A DNA stretch of 64,000 nt from an uncultured Alphaproteobacteria bacterium (GTDB taxonomy: Bacteria; Pseudomonadota; Alphaproteobacteria; Rhizobiales; Xanthobacteraceae). The stretch is taken from assembly GCA_963814215.1 (NCBI GenBank), contig CAWFCM010000008.1, positions 2,539 to 66,538 on the forward strand. The letters run 5' to 3'. The notes under the pieces were generated by a model, which did not search any database, was not told the origin of the DNA, and saw only the letters and a list, made by a program, of their open reading frames with translations. Shown piece by piece: positions 27,989-37,000 of this stretch. Each line of letters begins with the position of its first letter. Position 1 is the first letter of the stretch. The translations under genes were made by a program, and so were the position numbers.

Positions 27989-28978
27989 ATGGCCACGCGG
28001 CGGCAATTCATCGCAAGCGTCGCGGCTGCGGCCGCGACCGGCCTGGCGCCGGCCCGCGCGCAGACCCGGATCGGCGACTGGCCGTCACGCCCCGTGCGCG
28101 TGATCTCGCCGACCGCGACCGGCGGGCCGGGCCAGAATTTCCGCATGTACGCCGACGTCATGAAAGACGCCTTCGGCCAGAACTTCGTGCTCGAGAACAT
28201 GCCGGGCGGCTCCGGCTCGGTCGGCTGCATGGCGGTCGCGCGCTCGGCGCCGGACGGTCACACCCTGCTGCTCGCCTCCAACAGCCACATCGTGCTGGCG
28301 CCGCTGGTGCTGACCGGCTCGCCGGTCAACGTAAAGCGCGACTTCGCCCCGATCGCGCTGATGTTCACGTTCCCGTTCCTGCTGGTCGTCAACGCCGAGC
28401 TTGGGCCCAAGACGCTGAAGGAGCTGGTCGACTATGCGAAGGCGCGGCCGGGCCAGCTCAACTGGGGCTCGCCGGGCGTCGGCACCGGCGGGCACCTGGT
28501 GACGGAGCTGCTGCTCAAGCGCACCGGAATCCAGGGCCAGCACATTCCGTACCCCGGAACCACGCAGCAGCTCATGGCCGCCGCGGCGGGCACGTTGCAG
28601 TTCACGTTTGACACACCCGGCAATTCGAAAGGCGTGCGCGAGGCCGGCAAGGTGATCGCGCTGGCGGTGACCGGAGCGAAGCGTTCGATCTCCGCGCCAG
28701 AGGTGCCGACCTTCCGCGAGCTCGGCTATGACGGCTTCGACGATCTCCACGTCGCCAACGGACTTCTGGCACCTGTTGGAACACCACCGGGCATCATTCA
28801 GGCGATCAACCGCGAGATGGTGAAGCTCAACACCAGCGGAAAAATCCGCGACACGCTGGTCAACGCATCTTACGACCCGGGCATGATCTCGGTGGAGCAA
28901 TACGGCGCAATGATCGACCGCGAACTGGCGCAATGGGGCGCGATCGTCAAAGAAACCGGCGTGCAGGTGAAGACGTGA
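27989..28978 (+). CDS. Bug/TctC-family periplasmic substrate-binding protein
   Basis: 329 aa with a Tat-like signal MATRRQFIASVAAAAATGLAPARAQ, then ENMPGGSG and SAPDGHTLLL. Confidence 0.9.
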   Translation: MATRRQFIASVAAAAATGLAPARAQTRIGDWPSRPVRVISPTATGGPGQNFRMYADVMKDAFGQNFVLENMPGGSGSVGCMAVARSAPDGHTLLLASNSHIVLAPLVLTGSPVNVKRDFAPIALMFTFPFLLVVNAELGPKTLKELVDYAKARPGQLNWGSPGVGTGGHLVTELLLKRTGIQGQHIPYPGTTQQLMAAAAGTLQFTFDTPGNSKGVREAGKVIALAVTGAKRSISAPEVPTFRELGYDGFDDLHVANGLLAPVGTPPGIIQAINREMVKLNTSGKIRDTLVNASYDPGMISVEQYGAMIDRELAQWGAIVKETGVQVKT

Positions 28979-30015
28979 CCGAACTGCCCCAAGCTCAACT
29001 ACCGAAGACCAACTTCAATCCGCCGTTCAACATCACCCGCGCCAGCCACCTGATCTTCACCGCGCGCGATCTCGCCCGCAGCCGCGAGTTCTACACCGAG
29101 GTGTTGGGCCTGATCGTCAGCGACGAGGACGCCGATACCATCTGGCTGCGTGGCGTCGAGGAGATCGGCCATCACAGCCTCACATTGAAGCGCACCACCG
29201 ACCAGCCGATGTGCGAGCGCGTCGGAATGCGTGTCTTCACCGATGAGGAGCTGGACAAGGCCAAGGCGCACTTCGACCGCACCGGCATCAAAGCCGCGTT
29301 CGTCGAGGTGCCGCGCCAGGGCCGCACGCTGCACTTCAACGATCCTGCCGGCACGCCGATCGAATTGGTCGCCACCATGCCGACCAAGCCGCGTATGTAC
29401 ACCAAGATCCATCAGCACAAGGGCGCCGGCGCGCTGCGGATGGATCACTACCAGGTGCTGGTGCCGGACGTGCTGGCCAATGCCAGGTTCTGGATGGACC
29501 TCGGCTTCCGCATTTCCGACTACCTTTATGTCGAAGCTGCCGGTGTCGTGGTCGGCACCTTCCTACACCGCAAGAACAACCCGTGGGACATCGTGTTCCT
29601 GACGCGCTCTGGCCCGCGCTTCCATCATGGCGGCTACGTGGTCGAGGCGTTCGAGGACATCGTGCGGGCTTGCGACGTCGCGGGGAACCTCGGCTTCAGC
29701 GACCGCATCGAGCACGGCCCCGGCCGCCACGGCCACCAGCACTCCTACTATCTCTATGTCCGCGACCCCGACGGCCACCGCACCGAGCTACTGCTGCCCG
29801 GCATCCAGCTCATCGACATCGACGAAGCGCCGGTGATGTGCCCGGTGAATGCCAACGCCAATTCCAATCTGTGGGGCCTGCCAGCGCCGAGGAGCTGGGT
29901 CGAAGAAGCGACAAACTTTGCCGGCGTCGAGATCAAGAAGCCGCCGGTCGAGGGTTCGCCGATGACCGCGGAACGGTACCTCTCCGAGAAGAAACCTGAA
30001 GCGGTGATGGATTAG
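28975..30015 (+). CDS. Two-domain VOC-superfamily extradiol dioxygenase (HpaD/MndD-like)
   Basis: A GTG at 28975 overlaps the stop of the Bug gene (GTGA). Motifs are SHLIFTARDLARSREFYTEVLGL, RMDHYQV, FHHGGY and GHRTELL. Confidence 0.8.
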   Translation: MTELPQAQLPKTNFNPPFNITRASHLIFTARDLARSREFYTEVLGLIVSDEDADTIWLRGVEEIGHHSLTLKRTTDQPMCERVGMRVFTDEELDKAKAHFDRTGIKAAFVEVPRQGRTLHFNDPAGTPIELVATMPTKPRMYTKIHQHKGAGALRMDHYQVLVPDVLANARFWMDLGFRISDYLYVEAAGVVVGTFLHRKNNPWDIVFLTRSGPRFHHGGYVVEAFEDIVRACDVAGNLGFSDRIEHGPGRHGHQHSYYLYVRDPDGHRTELLLPGIQLIDIDEAPVMCPVNANANSNLWGLPAPRSWVEEATNFAGVEIKKPPVEGSPMTAERYLSEKKPEAVMD

Positions 30016-30603
30016 GGCGTGGACTCATGGACGCGCAGCCAAAGCCGGCTTGATGCAAGCCTGATGAAGGCGAGGTCGTTGGCCCGGGCTTGTCGCAGCG
30101 CGTTGCGACCCGACGACTGCTAGATCTTATTGAATTTTACGTCCTATTGGGGGTAAAGCCTACCAAAGCCACAGGAATGAGCTTGGCGTGGCGCGTCTTT
30201 GGCCTGTGATTGAACGAATGAGCCTTGAGGTTGTTGCCTTAGTGAAAGGCTTCTGCCGATGAGAATTAAACCCGAGTTCGCTTTGCGCGCGATGCTGCGC
30301 GCAATGAAGACACCTAGGGGCGTGCCGGAATATCCCGCTGGCCCTGTTGGCCGATTCAACGATAGTGAGGCCGGAGAATTACGGACGCTGCTCCGGCTTC
30401 CGCCGATGCTGTTTTACGGCGAATTGGAGCTCCACGCTTCCAAGAAGCGCACCGTTCGCGACAAGCGAAAGCCGATCAGCCACCAAGACAACGAGTAGCG
30501 AACCGAGCCGCACTGCGCCTCCAGCCAACGACTGCGATCCGGAATATCAGTTCACGTCGGTTGTCGTCCCAACCCCTGCAACAAAGTGTCGGAAGGAAGG
30601 CCC

Positions 30604-31023
30604 ATGACTACGAGCACCAAACCAAAATCCACCAGCCACACGGTACAGTTCCGCGACACGATAGAAGCTGGCGCCGAGCGCTCCAAGGAAGCGCTTGGAA
30701 CATTCAGCACTGCTACGAATGAAGCGGCGCACGCCGTGCAAGACTGCTGCTCGACTGCGCTCAAGGGAATGCAAGATTATAGCGGTAAGGTCGCCGAATT
30801 CACTCAGGCAAATATCAAATCGTACGTCGAATTTGTCCAAAAGCTGGCTGGCGTGAAGTCGCCTTCGGAATTCGTCGAGTTGTCAACTAGCCATACGCGA
30901 TATCAACTGAAGACGCTGGCCGAGCAGAGCAAGCAGCTTGCCGCGCTCGCCCAGCAAGTCACCCTAGATGCCGTCGAGCCACTCAAGACGGGTTTTGCGA
31001 AGGCGCCAATCGCGCCGCGCTGA
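30604..31023 (+). CDS. Phasin-family (PHA granule-associated) protein
   Basis: The ATG at 30604 is preceded by GGAAGGAAGG. The 139-aa helical protein carries FVQKLAGVKSPSEFVELSTSHTRYQLKTLAEQSKQLAALAQQ, typical of Phasin_2. Confidence 0.7.
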   Translation: MTTSTKPKSTSHTVQFRDTIEAGAERSKEALGTFSTATNEAAHAVQDCCSTALKGMQDYSGKVAEFTQANIKSYVEFVQKLAGVKSPSEFVELSTSHTRYQLKTLAEQSKQLAALAQQVTLDAVEPLKTGFAKAPIAPR

Positions 31024-31046
31024 TCCCCTATCTTGAACCTTTGTGC

Positions 31047-31238
31047 GGTCGGTGTGAGCCCCTGCTTCAAGCGGCTCGGGTGTTGCGCGATCTCGTGCCC
31101 AGTGACGGCCAGTGCTCCTGGCACAAAGCCCACATCCTGCATGTCGGCTATTGATGCTGTGGACGGCTCCTCCACCCGGCACGTGAGTGCCATGGATGTG
31201 GGCGCTGTTAAGGCTCCCACGATTGAGAGGAGCTCCCC
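31047..31238 (+). ncRNA. Candidate IS110 bridge/seek RNA in the left non-coding end (hypothesis)
   Basis: A 10-bp perfect stem (31128-31137 / 31194-31203) encloses a GGCAC-GTGA-GTGCC hairpin. Two 8-nt segments are complementary to the inferred element end and to the flanking target. Confidence 0.3.
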
Positions 31239-32270
31239 ATGCAGACAGTCACGACAATCGGTCTCGACATCGCCAAGTCAGTCTTCCAGGTGCACGGCGT
31301 TGATGCCGCCGACCAGGTGGTTATCCGCCGCCAGTTGAAGCGTCGCGCCGTCCTGGCGTTCTTCCAGAAGCTGTCACCATGTCTGGTTGGCATCGAGGCC
31401 TGCGCCTCGTCGCACTACTGGTCGCGCGAGCTCCAGGCACTCGGCCATACCGTTCGGCTGATGCCGCCGGCTTACGTGAAGCCCTACGTCAAACGGCAGA
31501 AGAACGACATGGCTGACGCTGAGGCGATTTGCGAAGCCGTCACCAGAGCCAACATGCGGTTCGTACCAACCAAGACGCCTGAGCAGCAGAGTTGCCTGAT
31601 GCTTCACCGCACACGCCATCTATTCATCCGCCAGCAGACTGCCGTGATTAATTCGATCCGGGCTCACCTTGCCGAGTTGGGCATTGTTGCTCCAGTCGGG
31701 CGCAAAGGGGTCACGGAGCTTCTGCATGTTGTTGCCGACCCGAGCGACAAACGGGTGCCGGAGGTTGCCCGCGCGTGCCTTGCCGCGCTCGGCACTCAAC
31801 TGCTCAGCCTCAAGGAGCAGATTGGGGAGTTCGACCGGATGATCATGGCTTGGCATCGGTCCGACGAGACGAGCAAACGGCTTCGTTACATTCCTGGGGT
31901 TGGTCCGATGCTGGCAACCGCCCTGGTTGCGAGTGTTGCCGACCCCAAGACCTTCCGATCCGGTCGCAATTTCTCGGCCTGGATCGGGCTCGTGCCGAAA
32001 CAGCATTCGAGTGGGGGCAAGGACAGGCTCGGCAGTATCAGCAAAAAGGGTGACCGCTATCTGCGCGGCCTGTTCGTGGCCGGCGCGCTCGCGGTCATCC
32101 GCTATGCCAAGATCCACGGCACCAAGCATCGGCCCTGGCTCACGGCACTGCTGGCTCGAAAGCCAACCAAGGTTGCGGCCATCGCGCTTGCCAACAAGCT
32201 CGCGCGGATGGCCTGGGCCATGATGGCGAGGGGTGAGCGCTACAGGAATCCCGTCGCGTTGGCGGCGTAA
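31239..32270 (+). CDS. IS110-family transposase
   Basis: 343 aa. GAGAGGAG lies upstream of the ATG. Motifs are IGLDIAKSVFQVHGVD, CLVGIEACASSHYW, YIPGVGPMLATALVASVADPKTFRSGRNFSAWIGLVPKQHSSGGKDRLGSISKKGDRYLR. Confidence 0.95.
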   Translation: MQTVTTIGLDIAKSVFQVHGVDAADQVVIRRQLKRRAVLAFFQKLSPCLVGIEACASSHYWSRELQALGHTVRLMPPAYVKPYVKRQKNDMADAEAICEAVTRANMRFVPTKTPEQQSCLMLHRTRHLFIRQQTAVINSIRAHLAELGIVAPVGRKGVTELLHVVADPSDKRVPEVARACLAALGTQLLSLKEQIGEFDRMIMAWHRSDETSKRLRYIPGVGPMLATALVASVADPKTFRSGRNFSAWIGLVPKQHSSGGKDRLGSISKKGDRYLRGLFVAGALAVIRYAKIHGTKHRPWLTALLARKPTKVAAIALANKLARMAWAMMARGERYRNPVALAA

Positions 32271-32536
32271 CGAGATCGCGCCGGACACCCGGCGTGATGT
32301 GAAGGTTGGGAGGGGCGAACAGCACGTAATGCAGAGCCGGTCGATCCGGCGGTCAGGACAACCCACATGTGCCATCGCATTGTTATCGAATGCGTGCTTT
32401 TGACCGGGACCTGATCCGCGGAGGGCATTATGGCCAGCGGTCATGTGAACCGCATCTAAAGGCCGAACACATGGCTGCACCGACCAATGCTGTAAAACGT
32501 GAAGAAAGCTCTTGCCAACTCGGAGCCGTCCACACA

Positions 32537-32644
32537 TGGCACTTCGCGTCATTTCGGACCCATGCCTTGAAAGGTCGCTATTGGAGGCACAGCGGACATT
32601 CAGCGAGCCGCGATGACAGAATCCGATGTATGAGTACGCGCCCC
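32537..32644 (+). repeat. Dispersed ~107-bp repeat, copy D
   Basis: tggcacttcgcgtcatttcgg...ggtcgctattggaggcacagcggacattcagcgagccgc...gtatgagtacgcgcccc is collinear with copy A (17308-17414). Confidence 0.7.
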
Positions 32645-32691
32645 AGGCTATCAGCCATCATGCCCGGCCATGACAGCAGCCAACTCATCAG

Positions 32692-32721
32692 AAAAACGGG
32701 CGCGCCGTCACCGGCGCGCCC
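32692..32721 (-). terminator. Rho-independent terminator downstream of the IorB-like gene
   Basis: On the minus strand a perfect 10-bp stem GGGCGCGCCG-GTGA-CGGCGCGCCC is followed by TTTTTC. Confidence 0.75.
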
Positions 32722-32741
32722 GCAATATTCTTCGAGCGGGC

Positions 32742-34959
32742 CTAACCCAGCGCCTTCTTTACCCGATCAGGCAAGAACGGCGTATGACGCAGCCGCACGC
32801 CGGTGAGCTCCGCCACCGCGCCCGCGATGGCAGGCGCAACCAGCGGTGTCGCCATCTGACCGGCGCCGGTCGGGTGGTTGTCGGTCTGGATCACCTCGAT
32901 GTGCATCGGCGGCACGTCCTTCATGCGCGGCACGTGGTAGTCGTAGAAGTTGCTCTGCTCGACCACGCCGTTCTTGACGGTGATGAGCTCGGTCAGGGCC
33001 ACGCCCAGGCCGTAGACGATGCTGCTCTCCTGCTGCGCGATCACGTTGTCGGGCTGCACCGCCACGCCGCAGTCGATGGTGCACCAGAAGTTATGCACCT
33101 TGATCTCGCCGCTGGAGCGGTTGAGCGAAATCTCGGCGATGCCGGCAACCTGCGAGCCGGAGTAGTCGAGATAGGCGAAGCCGAGCGCACGGCCGTCGCG
33201 CTTCCTGCCCCATTCGGCCATCTGCGCCACTCGCTCGACCACCTTGATGGCGCGTGGTGTGCCCTTCAGGAGTTCGAGATGGTAGGCGAGCGGGTCCTTG
33301 CCCTGTTTGCGCGCGATCTCGTCGACGAACGATTCGGTGGCAAACCGGTTGGCGATGAAGCTGATGCCGCGCAGCGGATTGGTGCGCACCCCGGTGTCGC
33401 GATAGAGCTGCTCCACCAGTTGATGCGGCACGTCGTAGCCGCGCAGGTCGGCACCCAGCATGGCGATGAAGTCCTTGCCGCCCGCCGCCTGGTAGCGCAC
33501 CGGGTCCATATAGGCCCCGACACGGTCGACGGCGATGCGGTGCTGCCAGGTGGTGAGCTTGCCGGAGTGGTCGAACCCCGCCTTCAGAGCATGGGCGGAG
33601 ATCGGACGGAACCGGCCGTTGGCGAAGTCGTCCTCACGCGTCCACATCACCTTCACCGGCCGGCCGGCTTCCTTCGACATCAGCACCGCGTCGATGATGA
33701 AATCGACGTCGCGGTTGCCGCGCCGGCCGAAGCCGCCGCCCATCAGCATGTCGTTGAGCTTCACCTTGTCCTTCGGGATGCCGAGGATCTTGGCAGGCGC
33801 CTCGGTCGCGGTGGTCTGGCTTTGCGTGCCAGCCCAGATTTCGACCGCATCGCCCGCCGGTGACACCGACGCGATGGCGTTCAGCGGCTCCATCTGCGCG
33901 TGATAGGCATAGTCGCAGCGGTATTCCGCCTCCATGCTGGAAGCCGCCTTCGGCATTTGCGCGCGGGGATCGCCGATCCGGCTCCACTCGGTGGACATGC
34001 GCATGCGGGTTCTTGGCGTCGGCGGCAAACCGCTCGATGCCCTTGTCGCTGTCGAAGCCCCAGGCCGTGCCGGTTCTGCTCCAGGTCACCGATTGCGTGA
34101 GCGCCCGGCGCGCGTCGAACGCCGCCCACGGCGTGTCGGCCAAGCACGCCGACGCCATACGGCAGGCGCACCACGCGAACCACCCCGCCAATCGCCTTGG
34201 CCTTGGCCTCGTCGATCTTGTCGGGGACCGAGCCTTCCACCGGCGCACGCAGCACGGTGCCGTACAGCATGTTCGGCACCTGCACGTCGATGCTGTAGCG
34301 GGCGGTGCCGTTGACCTTGCCCGGCAGCTCGACGCGCATCACGTCCTTGGTGATCAGCCGGAAGTCTTTTGCCTTCTTGAGCTGATCGGGCTTGATCTCC
34401 GGCGCCTTGGCCGGCACTTCCGCGATGGCGGCGATCTCGCCGTAGCTCAGCTTTCGGCCGGATTTCGCGTGCACCACCACGCTCGGCTCGGTGGTGAGTT
34501 CGTCGACCGGCACGCCCAGCGTCTTCGCCGCGTTGTCGAGCAGCACGCGTCGCACCTGCGCACCGAAGATGCGCAAGTGGCGTGTAGTAGCTCGTCACCG
34601 CGTTGGAGCCGGCGGTGTACATCATGCCCTGGAAGCCAGGATTGCCGTAGATCGCCTCGATCGGCGGCGCCGTCACGATCTTCACCTTCGACCAGTCGGC
34701 ATCGAGCTCCTCGGCGAGGATCAGCGGCAGCGAGGTCATCGACCCCTGCCCCATCTCGGTCGCCGCCGACATGATGATGATGGTGCCGTCGCTGCGCGAT
34801 GCTAACCCACGGACTGAGCGCCTTGCCGGTGCGGACGCTTGCCAGCACCGCGGCGCCGGCGCGGCCGCCAAGCGCGATCGCGAACGAGAGACCGGCGGCG
34901 CCGATCATCACCTGACGGCGGGAAACGTTCGCTTCGAGATGCTTGAGAGGCTTGTTCAT
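32742..34959 (-). pseudogene. Molybdopterin-binding large subunit of an IorB/aldehyde-oxidase-type oxidoreductase, disrupted by at least 4 frameshifts
   Basis: Homologous sequence is spread over five frames: 34447..34959, 34086..34871, 33881..34576, 33634..34248 and 32742..34028. Junctions lie near 34795, 34578, 34142 and 34000. Motifs include SAATEMGQGSMTSLPLILAEELD and HAQMEPLN. Confidence 0.85.
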
Positions 34960-34960
34960 G

Positions 34961-35416
34961 TCACGCCTCCTGCGCCGCGCGCTCGACCGCGCGCACGATG
35001 CGCTGATAGGTGCCGCAGCGGCAGATGTTGGTGTTCATGTGCTCGACGATCTCGGCGCGGGTCGGCTTCGGCTTCTGCTTGAGCAGATCGGCCGCGCTCA
35101 TGATCTGGCCGGACTGGCAGTAGCCGCATTGCGGCACGCCCTCGGCCAGCCACGCCTTCTGCAGCGGATGGCTTGAATCGGGCGACAGCCCTTCGATCGT
35201 GGTGATCGACTTGCCGGCGACCTCGGAAACCTGGGTCTGACACGAGTACGCGCGCTTGCCGTCGATGTGAATCATGCAGGCGCCGCACAATCCGGTGCCG
35301 CAGCCGAACTTGGTGCCGGTGAGCTTGAGGCCCTCGCGGATCACCCACAGCAAGGGTGTGGCAGGCGGTGCATCCGTCGATGCGGCCTTGCCATTGACAG
35401 TGAAGTTGGTGGCCAT
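34961..35416 (-). CDS. (2Fe-2S)-binding small subunit of an IorA/CoxS-type oxidoreductase
   Basis: Start is at [10 protein letters not shown] (GGGAGG upstream). Cluster motifs are [12 protein letters not shown] and CGYCQSG...CRCGTY. Confidence 0.9.
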   Translation of the reverse strand: MATNFTVNGKAASTDAPPATPLLWVIREGLKLTGTKFGCGTGLCGACMIHIDGKRAYSCQTQVSEVAGKSITTIEGLSPDSSHPLQKAWLAEGVPQCGYCQSGQIMSAADLLKQKPKPTRAEIVEHMNTNICRCGTYQRIVRAVERAAQEA

Positions 35417-35713
35417 TGCTTTCCTCCCTATAGCCGTTCGAAGAACGGCGTCGCTTTGCTCGCCTATGCCGTCGTCAGGACGGCCTCGTTGGCCTATGGG
35501 CCCGTTGGAGCCGAAGTCGGCACGGGCTTCTTCTCTGGACATATTCCAGTTCTAAAATGCTGCGCCTTTTCCGATGTAGCGACAAGGCGGGCTCAGGCTG
35601 ATCGAAGAAATGTGATGACGGCCCACCGGCGGGCGCGCCGCCAGGGTTGGGCGTGGACTAATCCACCAGCAGGTAACGATTTTCCGCCGCGCGCTGGGCC
35701 GGCGGTTCCGCCC

Positions 35714-36922
35714 TCAGAACGCCGGATAAGCCGGGTTCAGCCCGAGGCCGAACTCCATCCGGCCGAAATTCTCCGCCGGCACGTCCCAGTTCATCACCAC
35801 ATGCGATGAAATAGCGTGCACGTCGCGCCAGCAGCGTTGCACCGGATTGGACTGCATCAAGCCGCTTGAGCCGCTGATCTTGATCAGCGCGTCCATCGCG
35901 TCGCGAAGCAGCTTCATCGCATAGGTCCAGTCGCGCCGCAGCAGCGCGCGCGTCTCAAGCGTCATGCCGGTGTAGTCCTGCCGCGCGGTGGCAAGGCAAC
36001 GCCGCGCCAGCAGTTCCGCCGCATCGATCTGCGCACCGATCTCGGCGAGCCGGATCTGCACCGGGACGTGCTGCGCGATCGCGAGTTGCGTATAGGTCAG
36101 GTATCGCTGCTTGGTCCACTGCACGAATTCGGCATAGGCACCACGCGCGAGGCCGAGCGCCGGACCGAACAAGGCATAGGAATGCACCGCAATGAACGGC
36201 GTGCGGTAGATCGGATTGGTGTTGATCTTCGAACCCGGCGAATGCGCGTCGCGCAGCGTCGAGAACGACACGCTGCGGTGCTCTGGCACGAAAACATCGT
36301 CGAGCGCCACCGTGTTCGAGCCGGTAGCGCTCAGGCCGGCGCAGAACCAGGTGTCCTCCTGCTTCACCTCGGAGGTCGGAACCAGATGGAGCCGCATGTC
36401 GGGATGATGATCGCCGCCGCGGAACACCAGTCCGCCGATCACGATCCATTGCGAATGCCGCAGCCCGCTGCACCACGACCAGCGGCCGTCGAGCCGGTAG
36501 CCGCCGGACGCCACCGCCGACTTGCCGGTCGGCGCCGCTGACGTCGCGATGCAGGCCGCCGTGTCGCGGCTCCAGACGTCATGCTGCGCTTCTTCGGGAA
36601 AGTGCGCCAGGATGCAGGCGTGGTCGCCGAGATAGTTCAGGCACCAAGCCGACGAGCCGCAGGTCGATTTCCCCAGCTCGATCGCGATGTTGAACATCGT
36701 CTCATGGTCATGCTCGTAGCCGCCCCAGCGTTTGGGCTGCAGCGTGTGGATGAGCCCTGCCGCGATGTACTCGTCGACCAACTCGCGCGGAATGTTGCGG
36801 TCGCGCTCCGCCTTGGTCGCGCGCTCTCGCAGCTTCGGCGCCAGCGCGCGGGCTCGTGCAATGAGATCGTCGGCGCTGGGGATGGCCACGGACGCGGCTG
36901 ACCGCGTTTCGGCGACGCTCAT
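35714..36922 (-). CDS. Acyl-CoA-dehydrogenase-fold flavin-dependent monooxygenase (HsaA/HpaH-C2/DszC-like)
   Basis: Start is at MSVAETRS (GGAGG upstream), 402 aa. Features are PRELVDEYIAAGLIHTLQPKRWGGYE, LDGRWSWCSG and C-terminal helical bundle motifs. Confidence 0.7.
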   Translation of the reverse strand: MSVAETRSAASVAIPSADDLIARARALAPKLRERATKAERDRNIPRELVDEYIAAGLIHTLQPKRWGGYEHDHETMFNIAIELGKSTCGSSAWCLNYLGDHACILAHFPEEAQHDVWSRDTAACIATSAAPTGKSAVASGGYRLDGRWSWCSGLRHSQWIVIGGLVFRGGDHHPDMRLHLVPTSEVKQEDTWFCAGLSATGSNTVALDDVFVPEHRSVSFSTLRDAHSPGSKINTNPIYRTPFIAVHSYALFGPALGLARGAYAEFVQWTKQRYLTYTQLAIAQHVPVQIRLAEIGAQIDAAELLARRCLATARQDYTGMTLETRALLRRDWTYAMKLLRDAMDALIKISGSSGLMQSNPVQRCWRDVHAISSHVVMNWDVPAENFGRMEFGLGLNPAYPAF

Positions 36923-37000
36923 GGCATTCCTCCGGCTATTTTCGGAGGATGCTAGTGCAGGCCAATGCAGCACGCCAGTCGAAGACGTCCAGCGTTTTTG

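Larger units (their letters stand above)
31039..32536 (+). mobile_element. IS110-family insertion sequence (boundaries inferred, about 1.5 kb)
   Basis: A single DEDD-type transposase ORF is flanked by about 200 nt and about 266 nt of non-coding sequence. The right boundary is placed where repeat copy D (TGGCAC...) starts. The left boundary is placed where similarity to the sequence preceding TGGCAC in copy A ends. Confidence 0.45.

Noticed and set aside
30259-30498. 79-aa ORF upstream of the phasin gene.
   Set aside because: No recognisable motif or ribosome-binding site. It cannot be supported from sequence alone and is left unannotated.
31620-32552. 310-aa minus-strand ORF across the IS110 element.
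   Set aside because: It is antisense to the unambiguous IS110 transposase and has no motifs.
34770-34800. Poly-His run (RRHHHHH) suggesting a metal-binding tail.
   Set aside because: It appears only in the out-of-frame continuation after the first IorB frameshift. The homologous frame reads SDGTIIIMSAATEMGQG.
4047-34959. All frameshifts explained as uniform sequencing error.
   Set aside because: This is not fully excluded. However, the 6.3-kb kinase, the 2.7-kb nasA and about 50 other ORFs are intact, while four indels cluster in one 2.2-kb gene. The frameshifted genes were therefore called pseudogenes, with read-level verification recommended.
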